64,000 nucleotides of DNA from positions 79,937-143,936 of the forward strand of contig JAGVQM010000019.1 in assembly GCA_020051695.1 (NCBI GenBank). The letters run 5' to 3'. A model generated the notes under the pieces. That model worked only from the letters and a program-made list of their open reading frames with translations. It made no database searches and was not told the DNA's origin. This document shows, one piece after another, positions 17,864 to 27,255 of the stretch; the stretch's first letter is position 1, and each line of letters starts with the position of its first letter. The translations under genes and the position numbers were made by a program. Source of the DNA: Candidatus Zixiibacteriota bacterium. Lineage in GTDB: Bacteria; Zixibacteria; MSB-5A5; WJJR01; JAJRUJ01.

Positions 17864-19246
17864 TTAATGACAGTTATCAGGATCGATGCGATGACGCTTG
17901 ATTTTGCGCCAGAGGGTCGTGCGGTGGATTTGCAGGTCGTCGGCCGCGCGGCCGAGATTGCCGTCATGTTTTTTGAGTGCGGATAACAGCCGTTCATGTT
18001 CATCAATGGTCCGGCTGATCGGTGTCGCGTCACTGTCGCCGCCGGCCGGAGAACCGGTCCCCAGCAGTTCCGCCGGGAGATGTTCCTGCTGGATGATCGT
18101 CCCGTGACAAATCACGAAGCCGTATTCAATGATATTCTCCAATTCACGGATGTTGCCCGGGAAGTCATGCCGCATGAGAATGCTCATCACCTCCGGGCTG
18201 ACACTGATGATTCTTTTGCCCCGGCGGGCGTTGAATTTTTTGATGAAATGGTCCACGAGATACGGAATGTCCTCCCGCCGCTTTTTCAACGGCGGCAGTT
18301 CGAATTTGACTACGGCCAGCCGGAAATACAAATCATCGCGGAATTTGCCCTGGGCCACCATTTCCTTGAGGTCTTTGTTGGTGGCCGCAACGATGCGAAT
18401 ATCCGCGCGGACCGGGGTGGTGCCGCCGACCGGTTCGTACTCCCGCTGCTGCAACAGGCGCAGGAGTTTGACCTGGGTGGACAGCGGCAGCTCCCCGATT
18501 TCATCGAAAAATACCGTGCCTCCATCGGCCGAAGCCAGTTTCCCCGGTTTGTCCTGTTTGGCGTCGGTGAACGCCCCCTTGACATACCCGAAAAGCTCGG
18601 ATTCGAACAACTGCAGCGGCAGTGTCCCGCAATTGATGATCAAATGTTTCTGGTCTTTGCGCGGGCTGAGACTATGAATCGCGTGGGCAAACAATTCTTT
18701 GCCGGAACCCGAAGGCCCCTGGATCAACACCGTGCTTTCGCTTTCGGCAATATCGGGCAGGATCGCAAACAGCTTGTGGATTTCGGGGCTTTTGGAAATG
18801 ATGTCCTCGATTGAATATTTCCGGTCAAGCTCCTTGCGCAGGCGTTCGATCGCCGACAAATCACGGAACGTCTCCACGGCGCCCAAAACCCGGCCGTCGT
18901 CATCCCGTAACACCGCAGTGGAGATGCTGATCGGGATTCGTTCGCCCCGGCTGTCGATGATACTCACCGGTCGGTCGATAGTTTCCACTCCGGTCTTCAA
19001 TGTCTGGTCCAACAGGCAATGCTCGCAGATATCCGAATGGAGCACGTCGGCGCAGTGTTTGCCGATGGCCTGGGACGCGGGGATCCCGGTGATCCGTTCG
19101 GCCGCCGGATTAAAACTGGTGATGATCCGCTTGCTGTCCACGGTGAACACACCGTCGGCAATCGAACTTAAAATCACCTTGAAAAATTTCAGACTTTCCG
19201 GCGATTCACTCATCGCTCTACGCGCCTTTTCCCGGGTATCCTGCAT
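17864..19246 (-). CDS. sigma54-dependent transcriptional activator (PAS, AAA+ sigma54-interaction domain, Fis-type HTH)
   Basis: PAS region (FTVDSKRIITSFNPAAERITG), Walker A GPSGSGKE, GAFTDA motif, ESELFGYVKGAFT, and a C-terminal HTH (RTTLWRKIKRH). Start placed at MQDTREKA. Confidence 0.85.
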   Translation of the reverse strand: MQDTREKARRAMSESPESLKFFKVILSSIADGVFTVDSKRIITSFNPAAERITGIPASQAIGKHCADVLHSDICEHCLLDQTLKTGVETIDRPVSIIDSRGERIPISISTAVLRDDDGRVLGAVETFRDLSAIERLRKELDRKYSIEDIISKSPEIHKLFAILPDIAESESTVLIQGPSGSGKELFAHAIHSLSPRKDQKHLIINCGTLPLQLFESELFGYVKGAFTDAKQDKPGKLASADGGTVFFDEIGELPLSTQVKLLRLLQQREYEPVGGTTPVRADIRIVAATNKDLKEMVAQGKFRDDLYFRLAVVKFELPPLKKRREDIPYLVDHFIKKFNARRGKRIISVSPEVMSILMRHDFPGNIRELENIIEYGFVICHGTIIQQEHLPAELLGTGSPAGGDSDATPISRTIDEHERLLSALKKHDGNLGRAADDLQIHRTTLWRKIKRHRIDPDNCH

Positions 19247-19398
19247 GATGCAGGATACCCGGTTTGTTGTACCACACAACCGGTCTATTGCCCGGCAACG
19301 GCACTCTTTATACGAGAGGACCGGGGTTTTGTCAATTCCGCCGGCCGCGCAAACATCAACTGCCTGCCCCGGTTGTGATACCCGCACTCCGGCCCCGG

Positions 19399-19800
19399 TC
19401 AGTTTTGATGCCCGGGGCAGATATGCGGCTCACCCGAATGCTGTGCGTGCCCCCGGCAGGCCTGCCGCGGGTCGATCTCGGTCAGTCCGCCGCTTTGCAT
19501 CTGCGCTACGATTTCACTGACGGTTTTTCCATCGGCCAGGTACGTCTTAATGCCCTCGCCATTCAGCGTTTCCACCGCCCGCCGTCCCATGCCCGCGCAG
19601 ACCACACAATCGATGTGGTGGCGCGCCAGCTGGGTCATCGGGTGGCAGGTCCCGTGGTCGTGGTGGGCAGTGCGGTTCTCAAGGATGGTCACTGCGCCGT
19701 CATTAGTGTTGATCAGCGTGAAAAACGGCGCCGAGCCGAAATGATCGCTGACCGTGTCTTCCAGCCCCAGGTTACCGTTCGTCGGGATACAGACCAACAT
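19399..19800 (-). CDS. NifB/NifX-family (Nitro_FeMo-Co fold) small protein
   Basis: MLVCIPTNGNLGLEDTVSDHFGSAPFFTLIN...DCVVCAGMGRRAVETLNGEGIKTY matches the family pattern (xIAxPS...HFGxAPxFxIYD...G...A...L...GI). Start at the internal Met. Confidence 0.65.
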   Translation of the reverse strand: MLVCIPTNGNLGLEDTVSDHFGSAPFFTLINTNDGAVTILENRTAHHDHGTCHPMTQLARHHIDCVVCAGMGRRAVETLNGEGIKTYLADGKTVSEIVAQMQSGGLTEIDPRQACRGHAQHSGEPHICPGHQN

Positions 19801-20092
19801 CGCAGACCTCGCTTTCCTGTACATTGACCAAAATGGCGTAATTTTCGATCATCGCTTCGATAATTTTCTTCCGCGCATCATAGAGCATCCGTTGAATGGT
19901 CCCGCGTGAAACACCCATCCGCCGCCCGGCCTCCTCCTGCTCCAACCGCTCGACATCACAAAGCCGCAATGCCTCAAATTGGTCCAAGCTGATCTGCACG
20001 GTCTTCATCCGGTGCAGTGGAATCCCCTGCGGTTTGTAGACCCGGTCAGCGTGATATTTGCGGCAGCAGCGTTGTTTCTTCGGACGGCCCAT
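19772..20092 (-). CDS. DUF134 family putative DNA-binding protein
   Basis: MGRPKKQRCCRKYHADRVYKPQGIPL...LEQEEAGRRMGVSRGTIQRMLYDARKKIIEAM: N-terminal CC pair plus a sigma70-region-4-like HTH, as in DUF134 proteins that pair with NifX-like genes. Confidence 0.6.
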   Translation of the reverse strand: MGRPKKQRCCRKYHADRVYKPQGIPLHRMKTVQISLDQFEALRLCDVERLEQEEAGRRMGVSRGTIQRMLYDARKKIIEAMIENYAILVNVQESEVCDVGLYPDER

Positions 20093-20434
20093 CAGCTTTC
20101 TCCGTTATTATGTGCATATGCACGATACGGATATCGACGCCATTTGCAGGGCATCAATCCAGCATAATTGTCAATAATCGCCTGCCTGCGGTGCCATTGA
20201 CTGTAATGTATTCTCCAACAATCAATTGAGTCGGGGACACCAAAGCCAAATACGCCTAACTCGTCCGGCGCATGGGAAATACTCGTCCAACTCTTTTCCG
20301 GTCACGACATTCTCACATTACTTCTAAGAAATATCACGTTGCAGATAAGCGCGCCTCCGGACATCCCCTGCAACTTTACCTGGCGCTTGGCGTACTGCTA
20401 AAAACAAGAGGGTAAAAACAGAGGGGACTGATCC

Positions 20435-21784
20435 GTGAAATTTAAAAACCTGTTCAAACGAAAAAAACTGGTGATTTTCGGGCTGATCGGGGTGATTGCC
20501 GTTATCATTATTGTACTCAGTCTCGGCGGATCGGACGACGGCGGCACACTGGTTCAGGCCGATCTGGCCTTTGCCGATGACATTTCGGAGATCGTTACTG
20601 CCTCGGGCCGTATCCAGCCACAAACCAAAGTAGACATCGCCTCGGAGGTCTCCGCGCGGATTATCGAGCTGTATGTCGCTGAAGGCGATTTTGTTACACG
20701 GGGACAGCGGCTGTTGCTGCTGGATACCGTGCAGGTCAAATCCGACCTGGAACAAGCTCGGTTCTCGCTGGATGAAATCACCGCCCGGGCCGAGGCCGCG
20801 CGCACCGAATTCGAGAAAAACCAACTGGAATACCAGCGGCAGGAGAGTCTGTTCAAACAAAACCTGACCTCGGAGACAGCCGCCACCAATGCCCGGTTTG
20901 CTTTCGAAAATTCACAGGCCAATTATGACGCCGCCCAAGCGCAGGTCAAAACCACCCGCGCGCGGCTGGACAAAGCTCGGGACAACCTGTCCAAAACCGC
21001 GATTGTCGCCCCGATGGACGGGGTCATCACCTATCTCAGCGCTGAAGTCGGCGAAATTGCCCAGGCCCAGACCTCGTACACCCAAGGCAAAACATTGATG
21101 ACCATCAGCGACCTGGCGGTATTCGAGGTGGAAGTCGACGTCGACGAGACTGAAATCGCCAAAGTCGCCCTGGGTGATTCGGCGAAAATCCGGGTGGATG
21201 CGTTCCGCGACACATTGTTCGGCGGCACGGTCGTGGAAATCGGCAATTCGGCTTCCATCCGTGGCGAGGGCACGGAAAATTATACTACGAATTTCCGGGT
21301 CAAAATCCGTTTCGACGAAACCAATCAGGGGATTCGCCCGGGGATGTCGGCATCGGTGGATATCACCACCGATGCCATAGCCGAGGCGGTCCTGGTGCCG
21401 TACGCCGCAGTGGTCACCCGCGAAATCGACCCCGATTCGCTGGCTGGCATACAAGATTCGACCGCGACGGAAACCGAAGGATTGCAGGCCGCCGAACTCG
21501 AAGAAAGCGGCGACACCACTCAAGTCCCGGCCGCCAACGGCAAAAAGAAAAAGAAAGATAAAGTGAAGAAACCCGGCGTCTTTCTGGTCAAAAACGGCAT
21601 CGCCGAGTTTGTCGAAATCTCGACCGGCATCGCGGACAACCGCAATATTGTCGTGTTCTCCGGTGTGGCGGTGGGCGATACGATTATCTCCGGGACATTT
21701 CAGACCCTGCGCCGCCTGTCGAACGGGGAGGCGGTCCGGCTGGATGAGCGTTCGCTGGAGAAAATGAAGGAAGATCAGCAATAA
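20435..21784 (+). CDS. efflux transporter periplasmic adaptor subunit (HlyD/MacA family)
   Basis: GTG start with AGAGGGG ribosome-binding site. N-terminal TM, long coiled-coil hairpin (QVKSDLEQARFSLDEITARAEAARTEF...), barrel-sandwich and beta-barrel regions, and a Lys-rich linker. Confidence 0.75.
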   Translation: MKFKNLFKRKKLVIFGLIGVIAVIIIVLSLGGSDDGGTLVQADLAFADDISEIVTASGRIQPQTKVDIASEVSARIIELYVAEGDFVTRGQRLLLLDTVQVKSDLEQARFSLDEITARAEAARTEFEKNQLEYQRQESLFKQNLTSETAATNARFAFENSQANYDAAQAQVKTTRARLDKARDNLSKTAIVAPMDGVITYLSAEVGEIAQAQTSYTQGKTLMTISDLAVFEVEVDVDETEIAKVALGDSAKIRVDAFRDTLFGGTVVEIGNSASIRGEGTENYTTNFRVKIRFDETNQGIRPGMSASVDITTDAIAEAVLVPYAAVVTREIDPDSLAGIQDSTATETEGLQAAELEESGDTTQVPAANGKKKKKDKVKKPGVFLVKNGIAEFVEISTGIADNRNIVVFSGVAVGDTIISGTFQTLRRLSNGEAVRLDERSLEKMKEDQQ

Positions 21785-21820
21785 TCCTGAAAAACCGGCG
21801 GAACGGGAAGATAGCAACCC

Positions 21821-23047
21821 ATGAGAGTTTTTCTTGCCCTGGTATCAGAGGCCGCAGCAGCGATCTGGGCCAACCGCCTCCGCTCGTTTTTGACCATTTT
21901 GGGCATCGTGGTGGGGGTGACCTCGGTGATCGCCATTGTCTCCACAGTGGAAGGATTACAGGGCGACATGGAGCAGTCGTTCGCGACCATGGGGCAGAAC
22001 ACCTTCATGGTTACCCGTTTTGGTTTCGGCATGAGTTGGTCGGAATATCTCGAACGCCGCACACGCAAAAAATTGCATCGCGACCTGATCCCGATTATCG
22101 AACAGGGCTGTCCGGACTGCGCCGAGGTCGGGGCCGAATCATATGATTATAACCATCTGAAATACGGTTCGCAGCGGATGACCTGGATCGAGATCCGCGG
22201 CGAAACACCCAATATCCTGGAGATGCGCGATTTCGATGTCCTGCTGGGCCGGTACTTAAGCTGGGAGGATGAAACCCGGCGGCTGCAGGTGGCGTTTATC
22301 GGGCACCGGGTGTACGAAAAGTTTTTTGAGGGTGAAGATCCTCTCGGCAAGGTCATTAAAATCGGCGATCGCGAGTTCACGGTCATCGGCGTGGCGGAGA
22401 AAAACGATGGGGTGATGGTCGATGGGCTGGATAATTTTGTGGCGATCCCGCTGGCCACTCACCATAAAATCTACCCCGATCCCGGCGACCCGGTCAACCT
22501 CGTGATCAGCGCCAAATCTGCCGCCCTGCGCGAGCGGGCCATGGACGAGGTGCGCGTGGTGCTGCGTTCGGCGCGGCATCTCCCGTACGAAGAAGATGAT
22601 GATTTCACCATGGTCACCCCGGATGCCATCCTCAGTTTTATCAACGACCTTACCCGGGCCTATCGGGTGTTGATGATTTCCCTGCCGTTGTTGTCGATTG
22701 TCGTCGGCGGAATCGTCATCATGAATATCATGATGATCTCGGTCACCGAACGCACCCGGGAAATCGGGATCCGCAAGTCGATCGGCGCCCGGGCCAACCA
22801 TATCCTCATGCAGTTCCTGTATGAATCAATCATCCTCTCGCTGGTGGGCGGCGCCCTGGGGATTATCTGCGGCGTCTGGGTGGGCGATTTGATCCTGCGG
22901 TCGTGGCTGGAAATCCAGGTTACGCCGACGACCATGGCGATTGTCCTCGGCTTCGGCATCTCCACCGCCGTCGGCCTGTTTTTCGGCATTTATCCGGCAA
23001 TGAAAGCCGCGCGGCTTGATCCGATCGAGGCCCTGGGTTATGAGTAA
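21821..23047 (+). CDS. ABC transporter permease, MacB/FtsX family
   Basis: 408 aa. N-terminal TM, a large periplasmic domain of about 230 aa, then a C-terminal three-TM FtsX core (ITERTREIGIRKSIGA). Confidence 0.8.
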   Translation: MRVFLALVSEAAAAIWANRLRSFLTILGIVVGVTSVIAIVSTVEGLQGDMEQSFATMGQNTFMVTRFGFGMSWSEYLERRTRKKLHRDLIPIIEQGCPDCAEVGAESYDYNHLKYGSQRMTWIEIRGETPNILEMRDFDVLLGRYLSWEDETRRLQVAFIGHRVYEKFFEGEDPLGKVIKIGDREFTVIGVAEKNDGVMVDGLDNFVAIPLATHHKIYPDPGDPVNLVISAKSAALRERAMDEVRVVLRSARHLPYEEDDDFTMVTPDAILSFINDLTRAYRVLMISLPLLSIVVGGIVIMNIMMISVTERTREIGIRKSIGARANHILMQFLYESIILSLVGGALGIICGVWVGDLILRSWLEIQVTPTTMAIVLGFGISTAVGLFFGIYPAMKAARLDPIEALGYE

Positions 23048-24293
23048 GCTGTATCATTCGCTGGCCGAGGTCCGCGAGGGGGTGCGCCTGGCCCTGTGGT
23101 CGCTGCGCTCGAACAAGTTCCGTTCGTTTATGACCATCCTGGGCGTGATGATCGGGGTCGGCGCGGTGATCCTGATCAACACGATCATGGACGGCTTCAA
23201 TGAATACACCATGTCGTCGATCGATAAGATCGGCAGCCACGTGATTTATATTTCCAAGTGGGAAGAAAATACCGATTTCGAAAATTTGAGCGACGAACAG
23301 CGCCGCCGCAAGAACATCACCATGGACGAGGCCTACGCCGTTCAGGAAATGTGCCCGCTGATCAAGGCGGTATCCCCGGAAAAATCGGCCTTTACCGATC
23401 TGGTCAAGTATGGCACCAGATCGATGCGGGTCGGCAGCGACTTTCACGGCTGCTGGCCGGAGATGATCGTGGTCACTAACCGCGATGTTTCGTTTGGCCG
23501 GTTCATCGACGATAACGACCTGCGGCGCGGCTCCATGGTCTGCGTGATCGGGTCGGAAATCGCCGACGGGTTATTCGATTCCCACGCCGAGGCGGTCGAT
23601 CAGGAAATTCTCGTCGACGGCAACCGGTTTCGGGTCGTCGGTGTGCTGGAGTATATCGAAGACCTCTTCGAGATCAGCGAAAACGACAACATCTATATCC
23701 CGATGACCGCGTTTGACAAACTATACCCTGATGTCGAACGGGTGTACCTGCTCTGCAGCGCAGTGTCGCAGCAGCGCTTTCACGAGGCGATGGATCAGGT
23801 GATTAATGCCCTGCGCCGCGTGCGCCAACTGCGCCCCGAAGAGGAAAACAACTTCGGGTTCCACACCCAGGAACGGTTTAAAGAGCAGGTCAACGATATT
23901 ACCTCCAAAGTCCAGCTCGGCGCGACTGCCGTGGCCAGTGTGGGGCTGTTAGTGGGGGTCATCGGGGTGATGAATATCATGCTGGTGTCGGTCACGCAGC
24001 GCACCCGGGAAATCGGTGTGCGCAAGGCGGTCGGCGCGCGGAAAAGTAATATCCTGTTCCAATTTTTGGTCGAGGCCGGCACGCTCACCGGCCTCGGCGG
24101 TATTGTCGGGATTGTCTTCGGCGCCTTGCTGGGTTTTGTCATTACCACAGTGTTGGAATGGCACTTTTCCCTCTCCCTGTTTTGGGCGTTTGCCGGGCTG
24201 GCGATGTCAATCGGCACGGGTGTTCTGGCCGGGATGTATCCCGCCTGGCGCGCGGCCAAAGTCGATCCGATCGTCGCCCTGCGGTATGAATAG
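23040..24293 (+). CDS. ABC transporter permease, MacB/FtsX family (paralog)
   Basis: Start at MSKLYHSLAEV (ATGA overlap with the upstream stop). Same architecture (VTQRTREIGVRKAVGA). Confidence 0.8.
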   Translation: MSKLYHSLAEVREGVRLALWSLRSNKFRSFMTILGVMIGVGAVILINTIMDGFNEYTMSSIDKIGSHVIYISKWEENTDFENLSDEQRRRKNITMDEAYAVQEMCPLIKAVSPEKSAFTDLVKYGTRSMRVGSDFHGCWPEMIVVTNRDVSFGRFIDDNDLRRGSMVCVIGSEIADGLFDSHAEAVDQEILVDGNRFRVVGVLEYIEDLFEISENDNIYIPMTAFDKLYPDVERVYLLCSAVSQQRFHEAMDQVINALRRVRQLRPEEENNFGFHTQERFKEQVNDITSKVQLGATAVASVGLLVGVIGVMNIMLVSVTQRTREIGVRKAVGARKSNILFQFLVEAGTLTGLGGIVGIVFGALLGFVITTVLEWHFSLSLFWAFAGLAMSIGTGVLAGMYPAWRAAKVDPIVALRYE

Positions 24294-24872
24294 TCAATAT
24301 CCGGTTTCTGATTACGCTACGCGTCACTCGGAACATCGGTGCCCCATCCGAAGCGGAATTCCGTCTCCGGCGGAATGAAGCGCCGGGTGGGTTGGTGAAT
24401 GCCGATGTTTCAATTCAGGATTCGATCTGCGGAGTTCTCATTTATTATGACAATATTTGTCATTCTGGAGCAGGGGAATGTTGAAAAACCTCACCATGCG
24501 TCATTTGATGTCATCGCGAGGAGTCCCGCCATCAGGCGGGACGACGCGGCGATCTCGTTGTCGCCCATAGATACCATCGACGTGTGAGATTGCTTCGTCC
24601 CGCGCAAAAGCGGGGTTCGCAATGACAATTTTTGGGTTTTTTCAACACTCCCGCAGGCCGGAATCCAGCTTGTAGGTCGAAATCTCCCGGGGTTTCGACA
24701 ATTGTTTTATTCTTCGAATTTATCATCAAATATTAAATCTCATCCCGCGGCCCGCCGCGGCGGGCGGGGCACCTGTCGGGGAGTATCGTCGAAAAGCATC
24801 TTACAGTCAAGTAGTTATAATATTCCTAAAATTCCGGTTGTCCGCCCTGCTTCATCACCCCAATTTAGCCGT

Positions 24873-25985
24873 ATGAATACCACACGCCTGCTGGTCTATA
24901 CCGCGCTGTATTTTTTTATCGGGCTGCTGTTTGTCGTCAAATACCCCGTCCGGTACGGCATCGACCCGGTTGCGGCAAGCATCGGTTATGCGGTGTTCGT
25001 GTTCGGCGGCGTGACCCTGCTGGTCCGTCGGCCGTCATGGTACACCCGGTGGAGCATACGCCGCTTGTATATGCTCGTGACGGCGATTGCGGTATTGTTG
25101 CTGATCGCCATGCTGCAATTCGATCCCGCCGTGATCCGCAACGCCCGCTACGGGCTGCTGAAACAGTCAGTTGATTTATTATTGCATGGTTCTTTCCCCT
25201 GGGGCGAGCCGATCTTCGGCCACCATTCGGCGTTTCCTTTCTGGTTCGTACTGGCTCTGCCGTTTTACCTGTTGGGCGACATTGGCCTGCTGCTGATTGC
25301 GAGTTTTATGATCGCCGGATTTGTGCTGATTCGCTCCGACCGCACGACCGCCGCCGCCGGGATCGTGCTGTTGGTCCTGTCGCCCGCATTCCTCTATGAA
25401 ATAGCAACTCGCAGCGGGGTGACTGCCAATATGGTTTTGGCGCTGGCCTACCTGATCCTAGTCGAACACCTTGTCGCCAAAAACAAAAACGCTCCAATTT
25501 TCTTTTTGGGATTGCTGGGCGGCTTGGTCTTATCCACACGCGGGGTTGTTTTCCTGATTTTCGCGGTCTACCTCGGATACCTGCTGTATGAAAACCGGCG
25601 GGCGGCCGCAATTCTCCTGTGTGGCTGGGTTCTGTCGTTTGCGGCGACGATCGTGCCGTTTTTACTTTGGGACGCCGGCCGGTTTTGGACCTATGGCCCC
25701 TTCACCCACCAACTGGCGCTGACCCATTTCAACGGCTGGTTTATCGCAGGGTTTTTGGCCGCAGTGTTTGTATGGGGATATATGTTGCGGTCATGGCGGG
25801 CAGTTATCGAGGCCTGCGGCGGGCTGTTGTTCCTCGGCGTTGCGGCTTCGATGGGTTTGGTTGTTTTCGAGCACGGCTTGAACGCCGCAATTATGGAGAG
25901 CCGTTTTGATATCTCCTATTTCTGCTTCCCCCTGCCGTTTTTGATCGTCGGCTGGATGCGGGCTGCTCACGATACCCGGGAATAA
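24873..25985 (+). CDS. polytopic membrane protein, possible GT-C-type glycosyltransferase or DUF2029-like
   Basis: 370 aa from the internal Met MNTTRLLVYTALYFFIGLLF, with about 10 TM helices. No soluble domain. Confidence 0.5.
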   Translation: MNTTRLLVYTALYFFIGLLFVVKYPVRYGIDPVAASIGYAVFVFGGVTLLVRRPSWYTRWSIRRLYMLVTAIAVLLLIAMLQFDPAVIRNARYGLLKQSVDLLLHGSFPWGEPIFGHHSAFPFWFVLALPFYLLGDIGLLLIASFMIAGFVLIRSDRTTAAAGIVLLVLSPAFLYEIATRSGVTANMVLALAYLILVEHLVAKNKNAPIFFLGLLGGLVLSTRGVVFLIFAVYLGYLLYENRRAAAILLCGWVLSFAATIVPFLLWDAGRFWTYGPFTHQLALTHFNGWFIAGFLAAVFVWGYMLRSWRAVIEACGGLLFLGVAASMGLVVFEHGLNAAIMESRFDISYFCFPLPFLIVGWMRAAHDTRE

Positions 25986-26090
25986 TGATTATCTGCCGGT
26001 GTATTTTCTTGCGCGTATGGTTGGTCCACCCGTATGTGCCAATGAATGGATAACAAGGGCAGGCACACCCCGGCGGGAGAGAGACAAGAC

Positions 26091-27206
26091 ATGAAAGTAA
26101 ACCGCTGCTTAATCATCCATCGGGTGGTCTTCATCATAATCCTCATGGCCCCCGCGTTTGCGATTTTTTCCTGCGGCGACAAATCCACCCAACCGGAGGA
26201 ATTCACCGAATGGACAGTTGCTTCCCCGGAATCCCAGGGACTTAACCCTTTTATTCTGGACACCCTGACGATAAAATTGCAGGTCGGGGAATTAGGCAAA
26301 ATCAGCAGTCTGTTGATTGTCCGTGGCGGCAAGCTGGTATACGAAGAATACTTTCGTGGTTTCGGCGCGGAAGACCTGCACGTGGTTCACTCGGTCACCA
26401 AGAGCATCGCCGCGACACTCGTCGGCATGGCCATAGATGAGGGAAAAATCAGCAGCGTCCAAACCGGATTGCTCGATTTTTTCCCGTCATACACCGACCT
26501 GGCCAATCCCAGCGCGGATAAAGACAACATCACCCTGGCCCATGTCCTGCAAATGCGCGCGGGATTTGCCTGGGACGAACAGTCCACGCCGTACGGCACC
26601 GCCGAAAACCCGGTTACTCATTTGTACCAGAGTCCGGACATGTTCAAATTCGTGCTCGATTTGCCCATGGCCGACCCGCCGGGAACGAAATTCGTGTACA
26701 ACACCGGCAGTTCGATGTTGTTGTCCGGAGTCATCGCGCACGCTGTCGGCCGGGACGTGGAATCATACGCCGAAGACAAATTATTTACGCCGCTGGGTAT
26801 CACCGAGTACAGCTGGCCCCGTGGGCCGAATAATGTTCATCCCACCGGGGACGGCCTGAGTCTGCGCCCGCGCGACATGGCCAAAATCGGGTACTTATAC
26901 CTGCGGGACGGCGTGTGGAGTGGCAGACGCCTACTGTCCAGCGGCTGGATTGCCGCCTCGACCCAGCCGTACACCCATTTTACCAACGGCAGCGCATACG
27001 GTTATCAGTGGTGGCTGCTGTCGATGCCGTTTGGGGAGTTTACCCTCTACGCCCCGTTTGCCGCCGGGTGGGGCGACCAGTTCATCATCGTTGTCCCTCT
27101 CCTCAACATGGTCGTGGTCACCACCGCGGAACACTTTTCGGGGGAACAATCGCATATCGACGAAGTGTTGTTCGACTATATTCTGGAAGCAGCCAGGGGC
27201 GACTGA
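26091..27206 (+). CDS. serine hydrolase of the beta-lactamase / PBP4-star fold, lipoprotein
   Basis: Lipobox AIFSCGD; SxxK motif SVTKS; class-C beta-lactamase-like length and YxN-type region. Confidence 0.75.
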   Translation: MKVNRCLIIHRVVFIIILMAPAFAIFSCGDKSTQPEEFTEWTVASPESQGLNPFILDTLTIKLQVGELGKISSLLIVRGGKLVYEEYFRGFGAEDLHVVHSVTKSIAATLVGMAIDEGKISSVQTGLLDFFPSYTDLANPSADKDNITLAHVLQMRAGFAWDEQSTPYGTAENPVTHLYQSPDMFKFVLDLPMADPPGTKFVYNTGSSMLLSGVIAHAVGRDVESYAEDKLFTPLGITEYSWPRGPNNVHPTGDGLSLRPRDMAKIGYLYLRDGVWSGRRLLSSGWIAASTQPYTHFTNGSAYGYQWWLLSMPFGEFTLYAPFAAGWGDQFIIVVPLLNMVVVTTAEHFSGEQSHIDEVLFDYILEAARGD

Positions 27207-27255
27207 TCGAAGAGAATGACGTTGCGCTGACCAGGCACATTGGCCATAATCCGGC

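Noticed and set aside
17135-19520. Several 270-280-aa plus-strand ORFs
   Set aside because: All are antisense to the NifX-like and sigma54-activator genes, which have strong domain evidence on the minus strand.
20912-21817. 301-aa minus-strand ORF
   Set aside because: Antisense to the MacA-like adaptor gene, which has a clear ribosome-binding site, TM segment and coiled-coil architecture.
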